The notes beneath the pieces are model-generated. The model ran no database searches and was not told the DNA's origin. It saw only the letters and a list, made by a program, of their open reading frames with translations. From an uncultured bacterium (GTDB lineage Bacteria > Margulisbacteria > WOR-1 > CAVSGV01), in the NCBI GenBank assembly GCA_963699255.1, contig OY969425.1, positions 1,380,001 through 1,412,000 of the forward strand: DNA of 32,000 bases. Reading direction: 5' to 3'. Both the position numbers and the translations under genes were made by a program. Of this stretch, positions 16,204 through 25,128 are shown in pieces (position 1 is the stretch's first letter; each line of letters opens with the position of its first letter).

Positions 16204-17955
16204 ATGAAAAAGTGTGCCCTTCATATCGCGGTAGCCCTGACTGTAATTGCCAGCATTTATGCTTTTTTCAATCTCCTTAGACCGCTTGATGTTTTTCTTT
16301 GGGATGAGTCCCATCACGGATTCTACGGGATGCAGATATATAATGACCTTAAGGCGGCGGATCTCGGGTCATTTTGGGCCCACACGAACAATCAGGCGCT
16401 CTGGATGCCGCTTCATTCGTGGTTTGACGGCGTGTTCCTCTTGATATTCGGCTTCTCGTATACTTCCGCGAGGCTTTCGAGCCTTTTCCTTTTTTTCGTC
16501 TGTTCCATATTGATATATTTGATCGGCCTTGAACTCTCAAAGGCAAAGGGCTGGATTATAGGTCTTACAGCGGTGCTGTTCTATCTTACCTCTCCGGCCA
16601 TACTTCATCTGGCGACCGTCAACATGCAGGAAATGCTCGGGATCCTCGTGTGTCTTATTACAGTGTATTTCATAGTTCGTAACACTTGCGTCGTTGCCGC
16701 AAGGGAACCTCTTGCGATAGGTTTTTTATTGAGCATCGCCTATTGGGCCAAACAAAATTACGCGATGGTCACGGTGTTCGGGGTGTTTTTGTTCCAGATG
16801 TCCCTTTTGTGGGATTTGAGAAAAAAAGGGATCCCTCCTAAACCGGCCGGTCAAGGCAAAGACAAAAAAATGTCTTCCGGAAATGTAAAGGAGAACAGGT
16901 TTTATTCATGGATCCTCGATAATGTTCTTATCATCGCGGGGTTTTTGCCGCTCTTTATGCTCTGGTGGATAATGCCGCCATTCCAGCGGAAGTATGGTTT
17001 AGCCGTCACCTTTCGTCAGGGGTCCGTAACCGGCATGAAGACCTCCATCCTGTTCGAGTTCTTCGGGACGGCCGCATTCTACGTTCAATCGTTCATCACC
17101 AGCTATAATCTGTCATTCTGGGTCGCGCTCGGCTCCCTGGCCGCGGTGATCGCCTCCTTCTTCTTTTTCCGTGACAAGAAAATAAGGATCATCTCTTTGA
17201 TGTTTTGCGCAAACCTGATATTTATTAGCGTAATGTCATTCGCGCAGGAGAGATATCTTGCCACGGCCGCGCCTCTTGCTTTCATATTACTTGGATATTT
17301 TGGCCTGGCGATATTTGAAAGGCTTGCGAGCTTCAGGAAGATCCTGATTGCGGCTTATATTTTACTTGCGCTGATCGCCGCATCCTTCGCCTATGACCTT
17401 GTTAACTTAACGGAGTATACCAAGGAGGTGGCGAACAGAACATTAATGTCTTTTATTTACCCCGACGCCTTAAACCGGTTTTCACCTCCCTTTCTATTTG
17501 GTTTGGCAAAGCGGCCGGCTTTCACCTATCCCAAAGACTTCGCCGAGAATAAATACAAAGGTTTTAAGACCTCGCCGAGGTCAAAGCTACAAGACGCCCT
17601 GAACTTTTTTTCTTCAAACATTGAAAGGAACAAGTCTATTTCCACAATGATAAGCACTGCTCATGTGAGCCCTTATGTGATCTACTGGAACTTCCGTGAC
17701 TGGGGCGCCAATGTATTTACGGTGAATGATATGGGGCTTATAGGCAGATATTTCTGGATCTCGGATTATTTTATAGACCTGGATATTTCTCCAGACTCGC
17801 CTTATTATCCCGATGTGTATGAAAAACGGTGGAAAGACATATGCCCCGTTCTTTTGAGGGGCGGCTATATCAGGCTGGCCGCCAAAAAAGAGTTCAGCGA
17901 TCTGGGGTTTACGGCAAAAATATACAAGCGGGAAGGATTCATTAACTTTCAGTAG
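16204..17955 (+). CDS. GT-C fold glycosyltransferase (family 39/83-like, ArnT/PMT type)
   Basis: 583-aa polytopic ORF. The first-loop acidic motif is FLWDESHHGFYGMQIY. It has many TM helices and a ~170-aa C-terminal soluble domain. Confidence 0.65.
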   Translation: MKKCALHIAVALTVIASIYAFFNLLRPLDVFLWDESHHGFYGMQIYNDLKAADLGSFWAHTNNQALWMPLHSWFDGVFLLIFGFSYTSARLSSLFLFFVCSILIYLIGLELSKAKGWIIGLTAVLFYLTSPAILHLATVNMQEMLGILVCLITVYFIVRNTCVVAAREPLAIGFLLSIAYWAKQNYAMVTVFGVFLFQMSLLWDLRKKGIPPKPAGQGKDKKMSSGNVKENRFYSWILDNVLIIAGFLPLFMLWWIMPPFQRKYGLAVTFRQGSVTGMKTSILFEFFGTAAFYVQSFITSYNLSFWVALGSLAAVIASFFFFRDKKIRIISLMFCANLIFISVMSFAQERYLATAAPLAFILLGYFGLAIFERLASFRKILIAAYILLALIAASFAYDLVNLTEYTKEVANRTLMSFIYPDALNRFSPPFLFGLAKRPAFTYPKDFAENKYKGFKTSPRSKLQDALNFFSSNIERNKSISTMISTAHVSPYVIYWNFRDWGANVFTVNDMGLIGRYFWISDYFIDLDISPDSPYYPDVYEKRWKDICPVLLRGGYIRLAAKKEFSDLGFTAKIYKREGFINFQ

Positions 17956-18307
17956 CCCTGGAAGCCGAGTTGCTTCTTTGTTTTACCACCTCATACATTA
18001 CAACAGCCGCGGCAACGGATGCATTAAGTGAAGAGATCTTTCCTTTCATCGGGATAGACACCACCTCATCGCAGTTCTCCTTTACGAGCCGCGATATGCC
18101 CTTTCCTTCGGCCCCGATGACTATCGCGGTCGGAAGGTTGAAATCGAATTCGGTAAAGGGCCTTTTTCCGTCCCGATCTATCCCAATTACCCAGATGCTG
18201 TTTTCCTTGAGGGTCCTGATGGCGTTGTTCAGGTTCGTTTCTCTCGCGACTGGAACGTATTCAACGGCCCCCGCAGATACTTTTGCCACCGTTTCCGTAA
18301 GGCCCAC
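17942..18307 (-). CDS. rlmB: 23S rRNA (guanosine-2'-O)-methyltransferase RlmB/TrmH family, C-terminal fragment (frame-shifted gene, part 2 of 2)
   Basis: SpoU motifs IVIGAEGKGIS and IPMKGKISSLNASVAAAV. The track starts at a GTG, but the frame is open and homologous up to ~18556 (VERLSPEILKTKS...LEDPHNLGAIIRTADASG). Confidence 0.85.
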   Translation of the reverse strand: MGLTETVAKVSAGAVEYVPVARETNLNNAIRTLKENSIWVIGIDRDGKRPFTEFDFNLPTAIVIGAEGKGISRLVKENCDEVVSIPMKGKISSLNASVAAAVVMYEVVKQRSNSASRATES

Positions 18308-18528
18308 CGCTCTTCTCTGAGGGATTATTATCCCGTGAGTTCCGGAAGCATCCGCCGTCCTGATTATTGCTCCCAGGTTATGAGGATCTTCGAGGCCGTC
18401 AAGGATAACATAAAATGCCGGTTCGTTCCTCGACCTTGTGATCGCCAGCAGATCATGGACATCAACATACTCTTTTGCTGAGGCAAATGCGATGACGCCC
18501 TGGGCGGATCTTGTTAAGCTCTTTGTTT

Positions 18529-18702
18529 TCAGTATTTCGGGAGAGAGCCGCTCGACGGGATATTCCTCTCTCTCGCCGTATGCAGGATCTCCGCGATCGC
18601 CGAATGGCGCTCAATATCGGTGGATACCAGTATCTTGTTCAGCGCCCTTCCCGAGCGCAGAGCTTCGAGTACCGGATTTCTTCCTTCTATCTGGTCGGAC
18701 AT
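18529..18702 (-). CDS. rlmB: RlmB N-terminal fragment (frame-shifted gene, part 1 of 2)
   Basis: MSDQIEGRNPVLEALRSGRALNKILV is the typical RlmB N-terminal (SpoU substrate-binding) domain. It terminates prematurely after ...ARERNIPSSGSLPKY*. Confidence 0.8.
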   Translation of the reverse strand: MSDQIEGRNPVLEALRSGRALNKILVSTDIERHSAIAEILHTARERNIPSSGSLPKY

Positions 18703-18724
18703 GATATTAATGTATGTAAGAGGG

Positions 18725-20110
18725 TCATTTTTGCTCCAGTACATCGTTAATGCCGGATGAAATGAAGAAAATTACGACCGGCATTATCAGCAAAGTGTTC
18801 CTGTTCACCGTGGTGCCGTCCAGGAGCCATGTGTAGTTCGGCGTAATGTAATAGATCAACACGAAAGCCGAAAAGCAAAACAGACATATCAAAAAACTGC
18901 ACAGCTGCCGGGGCTTAGAGGGATTTTTATTTGCCGGGAGCAGCATAATTATGAACATGACCACGAACATGAACCAGGCGATATTCCAGTTGCCGTAAAA
19001 GAAAAACCTTTTGTAGAAACGCTCTAATATCACGGGGATCCTGGATAAACATTCTATTGCCTTGCCGTATTCTATATTTTGCCAGATCTCCTTCGGGACA
19101 CGGTAGATGAGCTTAAAAAGCGACCAGGAGACCTTGAAAACAGACCCGATCAGAACATATACCAACACTTCTTTTGTGGTAGTTTTCAGGTCTTTTTTTT
19201 GCATCGCAAAGCAAAGCGCAAAGGTGGCCGCGCCGACGATCATCAGGTAGAAGCCTTCGTTCTTTGTCCACGCTCCTATCCCCGCCAGGAGTGCGGAAAT
19301 GATCAAGTGCCTTCTATCGCGGGATTCAAGGTAGCTGATCAGGAAAAACACGGAAGATGAAAAATATACGCAAAGGGGGAAATCGGTGTATGAAGAGCTG
19401 GAGTGGTACACCAATAGCGGCAGTGTTGTGAGCAGATATGTGGAAAAGAGGCTGAGCGACCTGCCGTACATCCTTCTCATTGAATAATAAAAAATTATCA
19501 CAAGGGCAAGAAGAAAGGTCGGGAATATAGCCTTGACCAGAAGATCGTTCCATGTACCAAGCACAGTATAGATCCATGTTTCAAAGAGCGGTATGTTGAT
19601 GGGGTAGTTGGGCTGGCCGCCGCCGGCATAATATCCATGCGTTTTGCCGAGCGAAAGCCCGTGCGCAAAAAAGAAAACCTTGGCCCTCAGGCTCCAATTG
19701 GCAAAAGCGTCAACATCCCCGATCGGCTTGATCAGGGCGGAAAAATAAGAAAAACAGATCCTGAGGAGTATCAGACCGGAGAACAGCCACTCATACCATT
19801 TAAGGCTCTTTAGCTTCGCGACGAATGCCGCGGCGCCAAATCGCGGCGCTGTCAGCTTTCTCGCGACTAAAACGAGAGGAAGAACAAAAAATACGGAGCA
19901 TGCGATAAGAATGCCCCGCAGGTCCATCGGCAGACCGAAGGCGCCGATAAGGAACATTATGAACGTCAGGATGCCGACCCCAAGGCAGTATGATACGGCA
20001 AGTTTTTCAAGCGGCTTAAGCAAGCCGTCTTTTGATGTGATCAGCTCGATCATGAGATAGCCCAGCAAGGCCGGGAAAAGAAAAGCGAATACCATTTTCA
20101 GCGTTATCAT
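18725..20110 (-). CDS. GT-C-like polytopic membrane protein, paralog A'
   Basis: 461-aa ORF with more than 10 TM helices and the loop motif IKPIGDVDAFANWSLRAK. It is a clear paralog of 25125..26501, sharing WNDxLxK, SLFxTYLL, LPxLVYH and RNxLxxMPVV. Confidence 0.6.
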   Translation of the reverse strand: MITLKMVFAFLFPALLGYLMIELITSKDGLLKPLEKLAVSYCLGVGILTFIMFLIGAFGLPMDLRGILIACSVFFVLPLVLVARKLTAPRFGAAAFVAKLKSLKWYEWLFSGLILLRICFSYFSALIKPIGDVDAFANWSLRAKVFFFAHGLSLGKTHGYYAGGGQPNYPINIPLFETWIYTVLGTWNDLLVKAIFPTFLLALVIIFYYSMRRMYGRSLSLFSTYLLTTLPLLVYHSSSSYTDFPLCVYFSSSVFFLISYLESRDRRHLIISALLAGIGAWTKNEGFYLMIVGAATFALCFAMQKKDLKTTTKEVLVYVLIGSVFKVSWSLFKLIYRVPKEIWQNIEYGKAIECLSRIPVILERFYKRFFFYGNWNIAWFMFVVMFIIMLLPANKNPSKPRQLCSFLICLFCFSAFVLIYYITPNYTWLLDGTTVNRNTLLIMPVVIFFISSGINDVLEQK

Positions 20111-21258
20111 ATGGCTGCGGCCCTCTTTAATATATACCGGTTTTTGCCGAAATCCGCATATTTGCTGTACCCTCTTCTCGGGATCTCGTCCGCCTTTACC
20201 GTTTTTTGCGGATCGTAAACAAGCACGTATCCCGCCTCGATCGTGCTCTCGTATGTCGGATAAAGGTAATACCTTGATTTTTCCCCGAAGTAAACGTCGC
20301 TCGGCGGAATAACAAGCGAGTATGTCGAGCCCGCGGGGATATTTTCGCGGCAGAACTTGAGGAAATAATAAAAATCATAGTAGCCCTCATTGGTTGAAAG
20401 CGCCTGTTTTTCCTCAAGGCTTTTGCCGCCGAATGTCTGGTAATCGATGATCCCCGACCTGAATTGATCGAAGGCCGTCCTGGCATCAAGCAGAAGCCAG
20501 AAAACAAGGCAGACCATGATCATCTTTGGCGGGATTATTTTCAACAGCTTGCCAGGATGATCAACCTTGATCCAGTAAATGACGATCAGCGACAGGGAAA
20601 TGAGGATCAGCAATGAATAAATATATGTGTTCACGGGGATCCCGTTGATCTTAGGCGCGTACATGAAGTTGATCGTCCCCGGCCTGGGCCTTTCAAGAGT
20701 GAAGAATTCCTGCCAGAACGACCTGGTCGCGAGCCAGGCGTTCGGCTCAAGGAATTTGAAATCTTTGATCTCGACAAGGCCTTCTTCGTTGATCGGGCTT
20801 AGGATCATCTGTGTTACGGTTGCGAACCAGCCGGAGTTCCTGTTCAGGTCGATCAGATAGCTGTAATACCCGTTGTTCAGGCCCGTCTGGAATTCGAGGG
20901 AATTGTAATAGCTGAACCCGGGATCGCCGATCTTTTTGAAGAATATCCTGCCCGTCATATAACTTTTATTGGACTTCATCCTGACCTCCAGGAACTTGAA
21001 CCTGGAAGCGTTTATGAATATGTTGTCCTTTGTTATCAGCAGAGGCAGAGATGATGTTGAGGTGAACGCCAGGATATTGTCTTTTAACGAAAGACCCACA
21101 ACCCCTGAATATGGCGACCATTCTCTTACCTCGGCCTCTTCGCAATATGAGGCAAATGAGAGCGCGATCGCAAAGGCCAGTATTGATAAAACAAACACAA
21201 GATTTTTCATCGGCGGCTTTGCTTGTGCCGGATCTTTTCTTTTGATCTGTTCGGGCAT
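20107..21258 (-). CDS. hypothetical exported/2-TM protein, unrecognised family, paralog A
   Basis: 383-aa ORF (the start may instead be the Met at 21210, MKNLVFVLSILAFAIALSFA). Layout is signal peptide, beta-rich domain, 2 TM helices, C-terminal domain. It overlaps the downstream GT-C gene by 4 nt and is a paralog of 27631..28680. Confidence 0.6.
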   Translation of the reverse strand: MPEQIKRKDPAQAKPPMKNLVFVLSILAFAIALSFASYCEEAEVREWSPYSGVVGLSLKDNILAFTSTSSLPLLITKDNIFINASRFKFLEVRMKSNKSYMTGRIFFKKIGDPGFSYYNSLEFQTGLNNGYYSYLIDLNRNSGWFATVTQMILSPINEEGLVEIKDFKFLEPNAWLATRSFWQEFFTLERPRPGTINFMYAPKINGIPVNTYIYSLLILISLSLIVIYWIKVDHPGKLLKIIPPKMIMVCLVFWLLLDARTAFDQFRSGIIDYQTFGGKSLEEKQALSTNEGYYDFYYFLKFCRENIPAGSTYSLVIPPSDVYFGEKSRYYLYPTYESTIEAGYVLVYDPQKTVKADEIPRRGYSKYADFGKNRYILKRAAAI

Positions 21259-21333
21259 AAAACAAATCTATATAATCACACCATCGTTGTCAAGTGATGA
21301 TAAACAGCTGCAAATTGTGTTAAAATCAAGCGC

Positions 21334-22767
21334 GTGATGGACAAAAACAGGGAAAATAAACTTAGTACCGCTTTTCAGATAATATTCTTTTTGTCGCTCT
21401 TTATTCTGTATGCCGTTCCTTCTGCCGGAAGGTTTTTTTACAGGGATGACTTCGCAGGCATATTCTGGTCAAGAATAGGATCGCTCAATGATCTCTGGAG
21501 AGTGATAGGCCGGCCTCTTCCCGGCAATGTCTTTTACAGACCTGTGGGAAATATCTTATATTCCCTGGATTGGTTCCTGTGGGGACCGAATGCCTTCATG
21601 TATTTCTTTCACAGTATTTTGTGGCAGCTATTCTCTATATATCTGATCTATCAGATAGTCAAGCTTCTGACCGACAATGAACATGTTGCCATACTTTCGG
21701 AAATTATTTTTCTCCTGTATTTCCCAATGAACAGCGGTTCGGTAAGCTTGTTATCGAACAGGCAGGCGGTCACGGCGATAACTTTCTGCCTCCTGTCATT
21801 TTACTATTTCTTTAAGATGAGAAAGGGTGGGGCGGCGAGATCCGCATCTTATCCGCTTTCTATACTTTTCTTTGCACTGGCCGTTTTCACGAAGGAATCG
21901 GCCATGCCACTGATATTAGTATTTGTGGTCGCCGATCTCCTTTATTTTAAGTCCGGAAAAAGGTTGTGGATACATTATTTGCCGTATTTTGCCGTCTTGA
22001 TCCTTAGATATATCGTAGGATTAATGGCTAGGGTCTCCTTGCCTTTTGGCGGAACGGTTCCTGATTATAGATATGTTCTCGGGAGCAATATATTGAATAA
22101 TCTTGTTTATTATCTTTCCTGGCTGCTTTTACCGGCGGTCGTGGTTATCGCTACCCTGTGTTTTTTGAGCTTAGTGAACGGATTAAAGATCGACAGAGAC
22201 AAAGCTTTCCCAAGGGAAATGTCCGTCTTCGGCCTTTCTTTTGCCCTGATCAATGTCTTGATATACCTGCCGTTTGGTGGGTACCGCCAGCTTGGATGGC
22301 TTCACATGTCGACGATAGGCATGGCGATATTTTTGGCCTCGCCGACATATTATTTCCTGAACCTTCTCTCCTCGAAGCAGAAAGTTAAAAAAAGCCTTTT
22401 ATTCGCGGCTGCGATCATGATCATCTTCTTGGTCGCGATCAGCGCGGTATTCCTGCCGTCGAAATTGATATTGAGGAACAGACAGGCGGGATACTCAAAG
22501 CGGTTCATCAGGGACTTCATTAAGCTGAACATAGAAAAGGACAAAAAGGTCTATGTGGTGGACATAGGCTCAAAAGATTACAGGCTGTCCGATACATTTA
22601 TATCTCCGATGGCCCAAAAGGACGTTCTGTATGAGGCGATATACCTTTTCATCGGGACTAAGACACCGAAAAGTATCCGCCTCGTGGATAAAGCGGGGGA
22701 CATCGGCAAGACAGATGCGAATACGGTGATACTGTATTACAGGGACGGCAAGATACATAAAGATTAG
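21334..22767 (+). CDS. GT-C-like polytopic membrane protein (putative glycosyltransferase)
   Basis: 477-aa ORF (GTG at 21334 or ATG at 21337). The first-loop motif is FFYRDDFAGIFWS. It has many TM helices and a ~100-aa C-terminal soluble domain. Confidence 0.55.
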   Translation: MMDKNRENKLSTAFQIIFFLSLFILYAVPSAGRFFYRDDFAGIFWSRIGSLNDLWRVIGRPLPGNVFYRPVGNILYSLDWFLWGPNAFMYFFHSILWQLFSIYLIYQIVKLLTDNEHVAILSEIIFLLYFPMNSGSVSLLSNRQAVTAITFCLLSFYYFFKMRKGGAARSASYPLSILFFALAVFTKESAMPLILVFVVADLLYFKSGKRLWIHYLPYFAVLILRYIVGLMARVSLPFGGTVPDYRYVLGSNILNNLVYYLSWLLLPAVVVIATLCFLSLVNGLKIDRDKAFPREMSVFGLSFALINVLIYLPFGGYRQLGWLHMSTIGMAIFLASPTYYFLNLLSSKQKVKKSLLFAAAIMIIFLVAISAVFLPSKLILRNRQAGYSKRFIRDFIKLNIEKDKKVYVVDIGSKDYRLSDTFISPMAQKDVLYEAIYLFIGTKTPKSIRLVDKAGDIGKTDANTVILYYRDGKIHKD

Positions 22768-22857
22768 CGTCAGATCTTTTTGGCAGGTCGTTCGACAAAG
22801 AAAAAAATGAGAGCATTATCTTTCATTGGCCGGATTAAGGAATGATCGGAGGGAAGA

Positions 22858-23544
22858 GTGCAAATAACGCCATACGACCAGTTTAATCCCTCTCCCTGGG
22901 GGGCACACACAAAAATAATCGAGTTAATAGGAACAGGCAAGAAAATATTAGATGTTGGATGCGCCACCGGTTTATTGGCAAATGAGCTTAAAAAGAAAGG
23001 CAATGCTGTATATGGGATTGAAGCGGATCCAAGGCAAGCAGAGATGGCAAAAAGATTTTGCGAAGAGGTTTTGGTCGGAGACGCGGAAAACATCGATATC
23101 CCATGGGAACAGGGCTATTTCGATACGATATTATTCGCCGATATTTTAGAGCATTTAAAATTCCCCGAAAGGCTTTTAACAAAACTCTCTAAATATCTGA
23201 AAAAGGATGGATTTATCATTGTTGCTCTGCCAAACATCGCCCATATAAGCATAAGGCTAAAATTACTTTTTGGCGTTTTTGACTACGAAGAAATAGGTCC
23301 TCTTGACAGGACTCATATCAGGTTCTTTACATATAAAACCGCAAAACGGATGATCGAAGATGCCGGATATCAGATCGGCAATGTGGATATATCAATACCG
23401 AATATTCCCCGGGGATTAGCGCTTGATAAACGGTTTCAAATATTTTTCAAGATCGCCCACCAAACGGCAAAACTCTGGAAGGCCGGGCTGGCATTCCAAT
23501 TCATTTTTAAAGCGAGCTTATCTGATACTGGAAGTGGTTTGTAG
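22858..23544 (+). CDS. class I SAM-dependent methyltransferase
   Basis: GTG start 6 nt after GGAGGG. Motif I ILDVGCATGLLA, then FDTILFADILEHLKFP. Confidence 0.75.
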   Translation: MQITPYDQFNPSPWGAHTKIIELIGTGKKILDVGCATGLLANELKKKGNAVYGIEADPRQAEMAKRFCEEVLVGDAENIDIPWEQGYFDTILFADILEHLKFPERLLTKLSKYLKKDGFIIVALPNIAHISIRLKLLFGVFDYEEIGPLDRTHIRFFTYKTAKRMIEDAGYQIGNVDISIPNIPRGLALDKRFQIFFKIAHQTAKLWKAGLAFQFIFKASLSDTGSGL

Positions 23545-23560
23545 CTGTATATAACCCGAA

Positions 23561-24253
23561 TTATTTCTTCTCGGCCGCCAGTTTATAAGCTATCGGGGCC
23601 AAGTTCAGCTTCCTCAATAAGATCAAAAAGATCTTTTTCAGGATATCGTACTCGGGCAGGGGGATAAAGGCGGACGACTCTTCAAGGAATTCATACCCTT
23701 TGGCCAGTTTCGACCTAATGTACCCGCGTGTCAGGGCATGCGGATGCTCTCTGTCGATAAAGTTAAAAAGTGAATGAAGGATAGAAACGATCCGCGCGTA
23801 AACATTCACTTCCAATATCAATATCCCTTTGCTGCGCAGGCATCTGTTAAGCTCCTTTAGCACTTTATCTGGATCGCTGCAGTGGTCCAGCACATTGATG
23901 ATCAGTATGACATCGAAATACGAATCTTCGTAAGGCAGCTCCTCGCCCATCCCGTCGATGAACTTGACGGCCGGATCCATCAGCTCCGGAAAACTCTCTT
24001 TAAAGAAAGACGCGAGCGGATCGATCGCGTAACGTTCGCCGGCCATAAAATGGACCTCTCCGTTCGCTCCGGGCCCGACCTGTAATATCCTTAAGCTTCC
24101 TTTGAAGTAGCGGTGTTTCTGGATGATCTTATCGATCCTGCCGGCTCTCCCGACCATTTCCTCACGCACCTTGGACATGTCCGAACGGCACCTCCATCTC
24201 TTCCACCACTCTCGTTCCAGGCTTTTGCACTTTTCCCATTTGTCATTTTTCAT
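23561..24253 (-). CDS. class I SAM-dependent methyltransferase
   Basis: 230-aa ORF with ILQVGPGANG and FDVILIINVLDHCSDP. It abuts the upstream GT2 gene with no gap. Confidence 0.7.
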   Translation of the reverse strand: MKNDKWEKCKSLEREWWKRWRCRSDMSKVREEMVGRAGRIDKIIQKHRYFKGSLRILQVGPGANGEVHFMAGERYAIDPLASFFKESFPELMDPAVKFIDGMGEELPYEDSYFDVILIINVLDHCSDPDKVLKELNRCLRSKGILILEVNVYARIVSILHSLFNFIDREHPHALTRGYIRSKLAKGYEFLEESSAFIPLPEYDILKKIFLILLRKLNLAPIAYKLAAEKK

Positions 24254-24727
24254 TCAGTATTTCACCATCTTTTCTTTTCTGAAAAAGTTCGCGGCAAGGA
24301 ACCACAGCTTCCTCACCTGTAATCCGACATAAAAGATAAGGCTCAGCGTCCTCGGGTAGCGCCCATAATAATATTTTTTGTAGAAATACCACGCGCTTTT
24401 ATGATATTCGATTATCCCGCGGTAGCTTTCTTTTCTGGTCGCGGCGCCCTTTGTGTGTATCACCTCGGCATCGGGGGTATACCATAATTCATGCCCCGCT
24501 TTGTGGATCCTGTAGCACCAGTCAACATCTTCGCAGTACAAAAAGAAATGCTCGTCCATCAGGCCCACCTCGTCGATGACGGACCTTCTGACCATAAGGC
24601 AGGCGGCCATTAAGTGCTCTACCTGATGGGGCTTATTATAATCTTCAAGCGGGTGATAATATTTTTTCGTCACCGGATTGTTCGGAAAGAGCCTTTGCAA
24701 GCCCAGCGTCACAAAAAGCATGACCAT
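24254..24727 (-). CDS. family 2 glycosyltransferase, C-terminal fragment (frame-shifted gene, part 2 of 2)
   Basis: [32 protein letters not shown] is the GT2 acceptor-side region. The frame is open upstream to 24781 and encodes [18 protein letters not shown]. Confidence 0.8.
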   Translation of the reverse strand: MVMLFVTLGLQRLFPNNPVTKKYYHPLEDYNKPHQVEHLMAACLMVRRSVIDEVGLMDEHFFLYCEDVDWCYRIHKAGHELWYTPDAEVIHTKGAATRKESYRGIIEYHKSAWYFYKKYYYGRYPRTLSLIFYVGLQVRKLWFLAANFFRKEKMVKY

Positions 24728-25128
24728 GGGATCCGGAAAACTTTTTCCTGATCTCTGGATGGATCCGTCCGGGTTGAGGATCTACATCCCACGGCACCCG
24801 CTTTTTGATGTTCTTTGATGAAGCGAAGCATAGCATCGATCGCATTCGGTTTGATGTGTATATCCGGATTCAATAAGAGGATATATTCCCCGCCGCTGGC
24901 TTTTATTCCCTGGTTTACCGCAGTGGAGAATCCGAGATTTTGTGAATTTGTAATTACTTTGACATTATTATATGTTGACCTTACCGCTCCCACACTGCCA
25001 TCCCTTGATGCATTGTCCACAACGGTCAATTCAATATCTCTAAGTGTTGTATTTTGATATATTGAACCAAGAAGGTTGAGCAAAATATCCTTGCTGTTGT
25101 AACTGACTATTATTATGCTTAGTTTCAT
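24709..25128 (-). CDS. family 2 glycosyltransferase, N-terminal fragment (frame-shifted gene, part 1 of 2)
   Basis: [23 protein letters not shown]...[10 protein letters not shown]...GFSTAVNQG...ILLLNPDI is the canonical GT-A N-terminal half. The frame goes nonsense after AGAVGCR. Confidence 0.8.
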   Translation of the reverse strand: MKLSIIIVSYNSKDILLNLLGSIYQNTTLRDIELTVVDNASRDGSVGAVRSTYNNVKVITNSQNLGFSTAVNQGIKASGGEYILLLNPDIHIKPNAIDAMLRFIKEHQKAGAVGCRSSTRTDPSRDQEKVFRIPWSCFL

